DNA of 64,000 nucleotides. Origin: an uncultured Pirellulales bacterium (GTDB taxonomy: Bacteria > Planctomycetota > Phycisphaerae > Sedimentisphaerales > CAYZTY01). Made by a program: the position numbers and the translations under genes. Positions within the stretch are counted from its first letter, which is position 1. Each line of letters begins with the position of its first letter. Location: contig CAYUIE010000012.1 in assembly GCA_964444665.1 (NCBI GenBank), positions 31,317-95,316 of the forward strand. Reading direction: 5' to 3'. Positions 27,763 through 36,206 of the stretch are shown here, piece after piece. Under the pieces are notes generated by a model that worked only from the letters and a program-made list of their open reading frames with translations, did not search any database and had not been told where the DNA came from.

Positions 27763-27852
27763 ACTTAGACAAAAATTGCAAATATGTATGAGCTTATTGA
27801 TGAAATTATGAAGAAGCAATAATACCATAATATACATATACAGGGAAAAAAG

Positions 27853-28371
27853 TTGATGATATATGTGTGGGCGGTATTGCTTGTTCTGCTGAATACGCTC
27901 TGGCTGGGCTGCTCGCTGTTCTATCTGCCGGGCAACTGGCTAATGGTAATTACCACCGTCTTTTTTGCGTGGTGGCAGGCCGATAGGAATATGTTCGGCG
28001 CGGCGGTTCTTATCGTTATTGTTTTACTCGCTATCCTTGGCGAGATACTCGAATTCTCCGCAGGCTTCCTGGGCGTCAGGACGGCCGGCGGTAGTAAACG
28101 CGCATCTATTGCCGCGGTCGGGGGCGCAATCACCGGCGCTATTCTTGCAACTTTCCTTATCCCCATTCCCATCATCGGCACATTACTCGGGGCCTGCGGT
28201 GGGGCCTGTATAGGAGCGGGACTGGCCGAGCTAAGTACCGGCAAAGAGCGAAAGGCCTCCGTCGTTTCCGGAATAAGCGCCGGGCTGGCCCAGTTTCTCG
28301 GCCTGAATCTGAAGATTCTTATCGGTGTGGTAATCTACCTGATAGTCGCCCTGGCAGCTTTTATACCTTAA
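27853..28371 (+). CDS. DUF456-like small membrane protein
   Basis: It has four hydrophobic segments. The N-terminal ...LFYLPGNWLMV motif is of the kind seen in DUF456 proteins, and the helices are Gly/Ala-rich. The start may be TTG 27853 or ATG 27856. Confidence 0.5.
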   Translation: MMIYVWAVLLVLLNTLWLGCSLFYLPGNWLMVITTVFFAWWQADRNMFGAAVLIVIVLLAILGEILEFSAGFLGVRTAGGSKRASIAAVGGAITGAILATFLIPIPIIGTLLGACGGACIGAGLAELSTGKERKASVVSGISAGLAQFLGLNLKILIGVVIYLIVALAAFIP

Positions 28372-28400
28372 GCGTTAAAAAACCTGCCATTCCTGAATAC

Positions 28401-29264
28401 TCAGATTATCTCCAACCGTCGCAGGCTTGCCTTTGCCCAGCGAATAGTGCGGACCTGGGCGCAGACGGCGAACATCAACACTACCAACCACAGAACCACA
28501 AAACGGAAATAATAAAGCGTCTGAAGGATTATATTGTTTCGCTGAGCCTTGCTGCTGAATGCCTCAAGTAATTCACTCGGCGTAAAGATTGCTCCGACGA
28601 TAACTCCGTCAAAGAGTCTCTGCCAGGGCAGCAGAAAAATCAACATAAACAGCGAAAGGAAAAACGCACGTGATATATGGTTAATCCCTCCGAGTCGGCC
28701 GGTCAACGATATTTTCAAACTGAAAATAAGGATGAGGCAATATAGCATCGCCACAACAATAAGAATGAAGTTGCAGAATCGGATGAGCCAGGCCAGGTAT
28801 GAGAAATCAATATGAAAGGAACGCGCGGCTTTGGCCGGGGTTTCAGGTTCAGGGGCTTCAGGTTCAGAGGCTTCAGGTTCCCCCGATTTAATCGGGGGCG
28901 TCGCCGGCGATTGTTCCTGCTCCTCCACTTCGATCTGCCCGGGCAAGTCTTTTGTCGCCTGGCGAGCGGCCGAGACAATTTGTTCCTGGTTAGAGTCCTG
29001 CTGCGGTACGACCTCTATTTCAGCGGCAAGCCCAATAAAGGAATCGGTCGAAGTAATATATGCCGACGATACCTCCTTGCCGCCGCTACACTCGCCTACC
29101 TTCACATAGCCGAGATTCATAAGCCAGAACGAGACCTGAAGCAGCAAAAGACAAATCATCATAATTACAAAGAGGAAATTTTTCATGGCCTTAAATGCGC
29201 CGATGGCTTCAAGGCAATCAGTGGTGCTGAGCAATTCTTCCTGCTTTTCGAATTCTTCATTCAT
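28401..29264 (-). CDS. Multi-pass membrane protein with Pro/Glu-rich repeat linker (unknown function)
   Basis: TM segments FLFVIMMICLLLLQVSFWLM, FCNFILIVVAMLYCLILIF and FFLSLFMLIFLLPW are present, along with a further hydrophobic segment. The low-complexity stretch EPEASEPEAPEPETPAKA is encoded by a 15-nt tandem repeat. Confidence 0.4.
   Translation of the reverse strand: MNEEFEKQEELLSTTDCLEAIGAFKAMKNFLFVIMMICLLLLQVSFWLMNLGYVKVGECSGGKEVSSAYITSTDSFIGLAAEIEVVPQQDSNQEQIVSAARQATKDLPGQIEVEEQEQSPATPPIKSGEPEASEPEAPEPETPAKAARSFHIDFSYLAWLIRFCNFILIVVAMLYCLILIFSLKISLTGRLGGINHISRAFFLSLFMLIFLLPWQRLFDGVIVGAIFTPSELLEAFSSKAQRNNIILQTLYYFRFVVLWLVVLMFAVCAQVRTIRWAKASLRRLEII
28841..28884. repeat. Three tandem copies of a 15-nt unit (CTTCAGGTTCAGRGG) within a CDS
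   Basis: Copies are tttcaggttcagggg / cttcaggttcagagg / cttcaggttccccc. On the minus strand they encode the EPE(A/T)(P/S) repeats. Confidence 0.8.
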
Positions 29265-29385
29265 TTTCCCGTCTCCTTAGTTCCGATGGCTTTTGACGAA
29301 CCTCTATTACCCCGACTATTCTCCAATGTATTGGCGATTTTTTCAACACTCTTTTTCTTATTTGAGGTTTAAGACACATTTTTAC

Positions 29386-29413
29386 TTGCATAACCGCCGC
29401 AACCGCGTATACT
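29386..29413 (+). promoter_or_regulatory. Candidate sigma-70 promoter for the PpiD-like gene cluster
   Basis: TTGCAT (29386-29391), a 16-nt spacer, then TATACT (29408-29413). It lies about 58 nt upstream of the ATG at 29471. Confidence 0.4.
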
Positions 29414-29470
29414 TTGCCTTTAAACTTCAGTTAAATTTGTACCCTTTTTGAATCGTTCTGGAGCACAAAT

Positions 29471-31687
29471 ATGAGTTTAGTCAAATGGCTTCGCAAGAAC
29501 AACAGAAAGTTAATGGCCGTTTTTGTCGTCGCCATAATGCTTGCTTTTGTAATGCCCACCGTCCTGCAGCAGTTAAGCAGGCCAAGCGGCGCAAAAGCTA
29601 CCATCGCTTACTTCGAGCCCGATGGGAAAATCACAAACAAGGATATCCTCGATACCCGCTGGCAGTTGAACCTTCTGCAGGCTCTCCTGGCGAAACAGTT
29701 TCTATTGAGACAACAGGATTTCCGACTCATTCTGCTTAGCGAGCTGCTCTTCCACGACACAGGCACTTCAGCAGCTGTAAGCCGGCAGATAAACTCAACA
29801 GTAATAACAAAACAATGGCGCACCAGCAGTAGAGAGATTGATAATCTTTTTTCGCAGGTAAAAGGCGGAAATGAGCTGAGCCCAATTTTCTGGCTGCTGT
29901 TAAAAGCCGAAGCAAAGCAAGCAGGAATTATGGTCTCAACTGAATTCGCAAGTCAGGTCCTGTCCTCTACAATATCCCAGTTGACTGAAGGGCAATTAAA
30001 CGCCAAACAACTCGTTCAGCGAATTGTGGAACAACGAGGCATATCGGAAGAAACCGTTCTGGAGACCTTCAGGCATCTGCTTGGCATCGTTGTATATGCG
30101 CAGGCTATTACGTCGAACGAAAACATCACCGCATCGCAACTGATGTATATGGTCAATCGGAATACAGAAAAAATTGATGTTGAATTCGTAAACTTTGATT
30201 CGTCTCTCTTTACCCAATCAGAGCCCGAACCGACACCGGCCGAATTAAACAAGCACTTCGAGAAGTACCGCAAATTCTTCCCGGGGCAAATTACGCCCCA
30301 AAATCCTTACGGATTTGGTTATAAGATACCGGAAATAGTACAGCTCGAATATATCGCTGTGAAACTCGATGATGTTACTACGCTTGTAGAGGCCCCGGGC
30401 CCGGAACAAGCCGAAGAGTTTTATCAAAAGCACAGAAAAGAATTCATTGCCAATGTCCCGCTGGACCCGAATGACCCCAATTCCGAAACGATTGAAAGGA
30501 TAAAAACTTACGCCGAGATAGCGGACGATATCAGTACAAAATTGCTGCAGGACAGGGTCAGGGTAAAGGCGGAGACAATTCTGAACGAGGCCATAATGCT
30601 TACCGAGGCCGACCTCGAAGATGTACAACAACCCGCACAAATAAGTGATGAGCAATTCAAGGAACTTGCCGGAGATTACGGGCAGGCCGCCGAACAGCTA
30701 AGCAAAAAACACAACATTAAAATCCACACGGGAAGAACAGGTTTGCTGACTGCCGAGGAGCTTATGTGGGACAGGCACCTTGGTATGTTCTACCTTGAGG
30801 GGCAAAACTTGAATCCGATAAGTTTGACAAAAATAGTCTTCGCAATCGAGCAACTCGATGCCAGTCATCTTGGTCCTTACGAGGTCCCCCGGCCGAGGAT
30901 GTACGAAAATATTGGACCAATCAACAACTTTTTTGACAAGACAATGGCTCTATTGCGAGTAATTCACGCCGAGAAGCCGACTGAACCGACGGATATAAAC
31001 TACATCAGCGATAAGACCGGTCTTGAATTCCTTGAAAAATCACAGGATGAGGACACCCAAAAAACTCAACCTCTCAAAGAACTCGTCGAGGAAGACCTGA
31101 AAAAACTAAAAGCTATGGCAACTGCAAGAAGCGTAGCTGAGCAGTTTCTCAAGCTTGCCCAGGCAGGTGACTGGGATGAGGTGATTGAAGAATTTAATAA
31201 CCGCTACGCTCCAAAAGATAAGCAAAAGGACTTGACTCAGCAGACAATCAAACTCCAGAATTTCACAGAGTTGAGACGCATCTCGAACCAGAACATAGCG
31301 GTTACACGTCTAAATAACGATGACAGCGCTGCAGCAAGGTCTTCTCTCCACCAACATATTAAGAGTCAGAATTTAATAGACAGGTTCTTCGCACTCCTGC
31401 CGGAAGGTAAAACCTCGCCTGAGAAGCTTCCATTGATTATGGAGTTAAAATCCCAGACCAGCTTTTACGTCATTAAGAATATTTCCCGCAAACTGACCAG
31501 CCGGGAAGAATACGAACGGGAGAAAATCATCTCGGCTTACCGCGAAGATACCGGCCAATCACAGTCACTGGCAGTCATCCATTTCACCCCGGAAAACATA
31601 ATAAAGCGTATGAAATTCCGCTGGGCCGGTGCAAAGCAGTCGGACGACAAACAAGCAACCGCTGAACCAAACGGAGCCGAGCAATGA
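29471..31687 (+). CDS. Membrane-anchored periplasmic chaperone-like protein (PpiD/SurA-N-like architecture; no clear parvulin motif seen)
   Basis: A basic N-terminus plus a single TM (LMAVFVVAIMLAFVMPTVL) is followed by a long helical periplasmic part, as in PpiD. I could not find a convincing PPIase signature, so the call is architectural only. Confidence 0.35.
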   Translation: MSLVKWLRKNNRKLMAVFVVAIMLAFVMPTVLQQLSRPSGAKATIAYFEPDGKITNKDILDTRWQLNLLQALLAKQFLLRQQDFRLILLSELLFHDTGTSAAVSRQINSTVITKQWRTSSREIDNLFSQVKGGNELSPIFWLLLKAEAKQAGIMVSTEFASQVLSSTISQLTEGQLNAKQLVQRIVEQRGISEETVLETFRHLLGIVVYAQAITSNENITASQLMYMVNRNTEKIDVEFVNFDSSLFTQSEPEPTPAELNKHFEKYRKFFPGQITPQNPYGFGYKIPEIVQLEYIAVKLDDVTTLVEAPGPEQAEEFYQKHRKEFIANVPLDPNDPNSETIERIKTYAEIADDISTKLLQDRVRVKAETILNEAIMLTEADLEDVQQPAQISDEQFKELAGDYGQAAEQLSKKHNIKIHTGRTGLLTAEELMWDRHLGMFYLEGQNLNPISLTKIVFAIEQLDASHLGPYEVPRPRMYENIGPINNFFDKTMALLRVIHAEKPTEPTDINYISDKTGLEFLEKSQDEDTQKTQPLKELVEEDLKKLKAMATARSVAEQFLKLAQAGDWDEVIEEFNNRYAPKDKQKDLTQQTIKLQNFTELRRISNQNIAVTRLNNDDSAAARSSLHQHIKSQNLIDRFFALLPEGKTSPEKLPLIMELKSQTSFYVIKNISRKLTSREEYEREKIISAYREDTGQSQSLAVIHFTPENIIKRMKFRWAGAKQSDDKQATAEPNGAEQ

Positions 31688-32079
31688 AACACTATTCGGG
31701 CGCCAATTTTTTGCCTGTATTGCTCATTGGCCTTCTGTCCTGGTTCCTGCCCGGTGCAGGACACTGGGTGCTGCGAGAAAGAAAACGCGCTATTATCATC
31801 TTTGTAACAATTTCAACACTATTCACCCTCGGGTTATATATCGGCTCAATCGGCGTAATCGACCCCGTAAGGGAAAGACTTTGGTATGCGGCGCAAATGC
31901 TCAATTCTCCACTGGTTGCGGTATTTGGTCAAATGACGATAACCGAAAGCTACGAAAGCTTCGGAAAACCAAACGAGATAGGCCAGATATACACAGGAAT
32001 CAGCGGCATGCTTAATCTGTTATGTATCATCAACGCCGTTTATTTGACAGAGACTCGCCGGACACAAATAACAGTGTAG
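31684..32079 (+). CDS. Small membrane protein (3-4 TM), unknown function
   Basis: The ATGA start/stop overlap with the upstream gene suggests translational coupling. Hydrophobic segments include FLPVLLIGLLSWFLPGAGHWVL, AIIIFVTISTLFTLGLYIGSIGV and ISGMLNLLCIINAVYL. Confidence 0.5.
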   Translation: MKHYSGANFLPVLLIGLLSWFLPGAGHWVLRERKRAIIIFVTISTLFTLGLYIGSIGVIDPVRERLWYAAQMLNSPLVAVFGQMTITESYESFGKPNEIGQIYTGISGMLNLLCIINAVYLTETRRTQITV

Positions 32080-32222
32080 CTCGCCGCTACGAAGCCTATT
32101 TGACTGCGGCGAAGAACTCTCCGGCTGCAGGAAGCCTCGCTGTGACGAGCGCCGAGAAGAGCAGAATAGCCGGGCAGCTGCTCGTTCCGCTCCTGTAACC
32201 GAGGGCGAAGTAAGGAGAAAAA

Positions 32223-32465
32223 ATGATTGGCTTTATAATCGCAACATTCACAACACCCGAAACAATCGGTACCGATATAAAATCATTTCTCTGGCTTCTG
32301 CCGCTGGCTGCTGCAATTGCTTCCGTCTACAAAGCGTTGAAGCTGGACAGTATTTCGGCACCAAATTTTATCAGAGAAACCGCGATTTTGTTCGGCACGA
32401 TTGCCCTGTTTACTATAGCAATAGCACTCGCACTATACGCAATTGCTCACTTAATTACAAGTTGA
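32223..32465 (+). CDS. Small membrane protein (80 aa, 2 TM)
   Basis: A good Shine-Dalgarno (TAAGGAG) lies 6 nt upstream of the ATG. There are two clear hydrophobic helices. Confidence 0.45.
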   Translation: MIGFIIATFTTPETIGTDIKSFLWLLPLAAAIASVYKALKLDSISAPNFIRETAILFGTIALFTIAIALALYAIAHLITS

Positions 32466-32509
32466 TGATTTTCCGACGCATTTTACCGGTCTGACAAATA
32501 AAATGAGAG

Positions 32510-33202
32510 CTAATCTTCCTCAAGCACACCCAGTTCCTGCAGCGCATTTCGAGCCGCGTTTTGTTCCGCCTCTTTCTTGTTTGTCCCCCACGCGCTGGTG
32601 AAACGACTATTGCCTATAATCACCACCGATTCAAAGCACTTATTATGATCCGGCCCCTTCTCGTCAAGTAACTCGTAAACAGGAGTAGTATCAAATTGCT
32701 GCTGCGCATGCTGCTGCAGCAAAGATTTATAGTTCTCTTGATGTTCCTGTGCATCAGCTTTTTCAATTAACGGCCCGAACACCTTCAAAATAAACCTGCT
32801 TGCCTCGTCGATTCCACCATCGAGATAAATCGCAGCGATAATCGCTTCCAGAGCCGCGGCGGCAAGCGAGCCTTTCAAAGAGGGACTGTACGACATACCT
32901 TTGCCTACGGTCAGGTATTTCTCCAGACTCAGTGTACGCGCAAGCCGGGCACAGGTTCGTCGGGAAACAAGCATACTCTTTACCTTCGTAAGTTCTCCTT
33001 CCAGATAGTCGGGAAACCGCTTAAAAAGCGACACACAGATAACCAGACTTAAAATCGTATCGCCGAGGAATTCCAGCCGCTCGTTACTGGCAAGACGATT
33101 TTCTGTCACGGAGGCATGCATCAGGGCCTGAAAAAGTACAGAGCTCTCAGAGAAGTGATAACCAATTAACTGCTCAATCTCCTGCAGATTCTCCTTGTCC
33201 AT
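32510..33202 (-). CDS. rnc: Ribonuclease III
   Basis: The RNase III signature NERLEFLGDTIL is present, with a C-terminal dsRBD (...KKEAEQNAARNAL). The length is 230 aa. Confidence 0.9.
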   Translation of the reverse strand: MDKENLQEIEQLIGYHFSESSVLFQALMHASVTENRLASNERLEFLGDTILSLVICVSLFKRFPDYLEGELTKVKSMLVSRRTCARLARTLSLEKYLTVGKGMSYSPSLKGSLAAAALEAIIAAIYLDGGIDEASRFILKVFGPLIEKADAQEHQENYKSLLQQHAQQQFDTTPVYELLDEKGPDHNKCFESVVIIGNSRFTSAWGTNKKEAEQNAARNALQELGVLEED

Positions 33203-33333
33203 AATACCTTACCTACTTTGCCCCGCCTGCCGAGGCGGAACCTGGAAAATCCGCGAGCAGATTACGAAAATAGCTCTACGAAGCAACTTTCGTAAACCGC
33301 CCGACAATATCTACTCACACTCAAACACTACAG

Positions 33334-33669
33334 CTAATTTACCATTTGTAAACTGGCCAAAGCCACGAACTGATCGTCAACAAAGTCAAAAGCGTTCTCA
33401 AGACCCGTGACCAGAAAGACGCTCTTGGTTTGAGTTGTCAGTCCGCTAAGTACAAGACGACGCTCTTTATCCTTCAGCGTCTTTCGGAGCTTCAATAGCT
33501 TAGCAATACTGGAAGAAGTAACTATCTCAACATCCGTAAAATCAACCACAACATCACAATCAACCCTGTCTTCGGTAATATCTATCACCGTCCGCAATTC
33601 CTCACTCATCTGCGGCTCCGGTGCCAGATGCACCAGAATTATGTTTTCCGACCAGTTTTCGATTCCCAC
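33334..33669 (-). CDS. STAS-domain protein (anti-sigma-factor antagonist, SpoIIAA-like)
   Basis: The pattern VVVDFTDVEIVTSSSIAKLLKLRKTL...LVLSGLTTQTKSVFLVTGL fits the STAS fold. The Ser-rich loop sits where SpoIIAA is phosphorylated. Confidence 0.75.
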   Translation of the reverse strand: MGIENWSENIILVHLAPEPQMSEELRTVIDITEDRVDCDVVVDFTDVEIVTSSSIAKLLKLRKTLKDKERRLVLSGLTTQTKSVFLVTGLENAFDFVDDQFVALASLQMVN

Positions 33670-33909
33670 TTCGTTCCTCCTGAATCATTCACCCTTCATT
33701 TGCCTTGTATCAAATGATGCTGCTGTTGTTCTATCGGCACAGTTCTGCCAGCAGTTAAGCACAATAGCCAAGTAAAGCTCAAAAGTCAATCTCCATCTTT
33801 ATCGGAATCTGGATTATTCGTTCAATCATCCCACATAAATCTGCGTTCTCTTTCGGACGTACCGCGATTCAATGCCTTTTAATTGTCCTTCTTTCCCATC
33901 AATCCTTAG

Positions 33910-33938
33910 TTGAATAATCAAACAAAAAAGATTATAAT
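33910..33938 (+). promoter_or_regulatory. Candidate sigma-70 promoter for the Sir2 gene
   Basis: TTGAAT (33910-33915), a 17-nt spacer, then the consensus TATAAT (33933-33938). It lies 35 nt upstream of the ATG. Confidence 0.5.
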
Positions 33939-33972
33939 TCCTGCCCAAAACCACATTAAACGGTAACTTTTT

Positions 33973-34743
33973 ATGTCTTTATCAACACGGGATAACGAAA
34001 AAATCGATGCCATCATTGCAATACTAAAGCAATGCAAGAGCGTCTTATTTATTACTGGCGCAGGCATATCTGCTGATTCCGGCCTACCGACTTACCGCGG
34101 CATCGGAGGCTTGTACAACGATAAAACCACCGACGAAGGTATTCCAATTGAAGATGCCATCTCCGGCCGGATGATGCAAACCAATCCCACTCTTGTTTGG
34201 AAGCACATTCATCAAATCGAGGCCGCCTGCCGTGGCGCCAAGTTCAACCGCGGCCACGAAGTCATCGCCGAAATGGAAAAATCTTTTGACCGGCTCTGGA
34301 CCCTGACGCAAAATATCGACGGCTTCCATCGCGATGCCGGTTCAAAAAATCTTATCGACATACACGGCGACATTCACCAGCTTATTTGCACGGGATGTGG
34401 CCGGCGCAGCAGAGTGAAGGACTTCAGCAGCCTTAAAATACCACCGTACTGTCCGGATTGTAGCGCCCTGATACGACCGGAGGTCGTGCTCTTTGGAGAA
34501 ATGCTTCCGTTCCAGAAATGCCAGCTGCTGGCCGCTGAACTGCAGACCGGCTTCGACATCATCTTCTCCGTCGGCACCACCAGCGTCTTCCCTTATATTG
34601 CACAGCCGGTCATTGAGGCCAAATATCGCAGAATACCCACCGTCGAGATTAATCCCGGCCAAACTCAGGTCTCCAGTGCTGTTGATATCAAAATCGCCGC
34701 CGGGGCTGCAGAGTCTCTCGATGCAATATGGAAAAGGTATTAA
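33973..34743 (+). CDS. cobB: NAD-dependent protein deacylase (Sir2/CobB family)
   Basis: Motifs GAGISADSGLPTYRG, TQNIDGFH, IHGD and the Zn ribbon CTGCG...CPDC are present. Confidence 0.9.
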   Translation: MSLSTRDNEKIDAIIAILKQCKSVLFITGAGISADSGLPTYRGIGGLYNDKTTDEGIPIEDAISGRMMQTNPTLVWKHIHQIEAACRGAKFNRGHEVIAEMEKSFDRLWTLTQNIDGFHRDAGSKNLIDIHGDIHQLICTGCGRRSRVKDFSSLKIPPYCPDCSALIRPEVVLFGEMLPFQKCQLLAAELQTGFDIIFSVGTTSVFPYIAQPVIEAKYRRIPTVEINPGQTQVSSAVDIKIAAGAAESLDAIWKRY

Positions 34744-34798
34744 GTCAAAACGGCTGAGACGATAGATGCCGAAGAAAAAGCTCAGTTCGGCCTGCAGC

Positions 34799-36184
34799 TT
34801 ACAAGCCCAATTTTGCGGCCTCTTTCTCAAGGCCGTAGCGTTTCATCTTCTTATAAAGTGTGGTGCGGTTTATCTGCAATGCCTTTGCCGTCTCTTGGCG
34901 GTTCCAACTGTTTGCCTCAAGGGCGGCACGAATAATTTTCCTCTCAGGCTCAGCAAGCCCCTCTTTCAGACTTAACAGGCTATATTGTTTTTGATTTTCA
35001 AACTGACTGGCTGTTACCAGATTGGCAGGCAGGTCTTCAGTGGAAATATATTTATCTTTACTAAGCAGTGCCGCTCTTTCGACAACATTTTCGAGCTCGC
35101 GCACATTTCCCGGCCAGGAATAACGTTCGAGAACATCGAGAGCTTCGGAGTTGAAGCCGAGTTTTTCTCTGCCGTGCTGCAATGAGTACAATCGAAGGAA
35201 ATACTCAGCAAGCAGAGGCACATCACCGATCCGCTCGCACAGGGGGGGAAGGCCTATAGTTACCACGTTTATTCGATAGTACAAATCCTCCCTGAATCTG
35301 CCTTGCCTGACCTGTTCGGGCAGATTTGTATTGGTTGCAAGCAGAACACGTGTATCGACTGTAACCGTCTTATTACTGCCCACGGGTTCGAATTGCCTTT
35401 CCTGCAGGACACGGAGCAGTTTTACCTGAAGGGCAGGGGAAGAATTTGCCACCTCGTCGAGAAAAATTGTGCCACCGTTCGCAGCAAGGAATTTACCCTC
35501 CTTGTTGCTCAGGGCTCCTGTGAATGACCCTTTGATGTGCCCGAACAGTTCGCTCTCCAGAAGCGTCTCAGGCAAAGCTCCGCAGCTGACCTCTACAAAT
35601 GGTTTGTCTCCTCGGGATGAGCGATAATGTATCGCACGCGCCAGAACGCTTTTACCAGTTCCGGAGGGCCCTGTCATTAGTATTGTTGTTTTACTGTCGG
35701 CAACAGCTTCAATCAGGTCGAAGATTTTGGCCATCTTGAAATCGTGACTGATGATATTCTCAAGACTATACTTCTGCTCCAACTGCAGCCGCAATGCCTG
35801 GTTTTCATTCATAAGCGCATATTGTTTGACGGCCTTCTCGACGGCAAGACGGAGTTCGTCGTCGATAATGGGTTTTGTAAGATAGTCATAGGCACCAAGT
35901 TTGATAGCTTCGACAGCATTTTCGATACTGCCGTAGCCGGTTATAACGATTACTACCAATTCAGGATATTTCTTCTTAATAGTCCGCAACAGACCAAGAC
36001 CGTTCCCATCAGGCATACTGATATCGGTCACAATGACAGAAAAAATCCTTTTGCGCAGCTGTTCCATTGCCTCCTTAATAGTTTCTGCGCCGGTCGGTAT
36101 ATAGTCTTCGAGCCTTAGAAATTCACACACCGAATCGAGTATGATTCTATCGTCGTCTACGACAAGGATATTATGCTTCTTCAT
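34799..36184 (-). CDS. Sigma-54-dependent response regulator (NtrC/AtoC family: receiver, AAA+, Fis-type HTH)
   Basis: The receiver domain has ILVVDDD and DISMPDGNG. The AAA+ domain has Walker A GPSGTGKS, the sigma-54 contact loop ESELFGHIKGSFTGA and Walker B IFLDEV. The C-terminal HTH is NRQETAKALQINRTTLYKKMK. Confidence 0.9.
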   Translation of the reverse strand: MKKHNILVVDDDRIILDSVCEFLRLEDYIPTGAETIKEAMEQLRKRIFSVIVTDISMPDGNGLGLLRTIKKKYPELVVIVITGYGSIENAVEAIKLGAYDYLTKPIIDDELRLAVEKAVKQYALMNENQALRLQLEQKYSLENIISHDFKMAKIFDLIEAVADSKTTILMTGPSGTGKSVLARAIHYRSSRGDKPFVEVSCGALPETLLESELFGHIKGSFTGALSNKEGKFLAANGGTIFLDEVANSSPALQVKLLRVLQERQFEPVGSNKTVTVDTRVLLATNTNLPEQVRQGRFREDLYYRINVVTIGLPPLCERIGDVPLLAEYFLRLYSLQHGREKLGFNSEALDVLERYSWPGNVRELENVVERAALLSKDKYISTEDLPANLVTASQFENQKQYSLLSLKEGLAEPERKIIRAALEANSWNRQETAKALQINRTTLYKKMKRYGLEKEAAKLGL

Positions 36185-36206
36185 AGCGAACTACCTATAG
36201 CACAAG

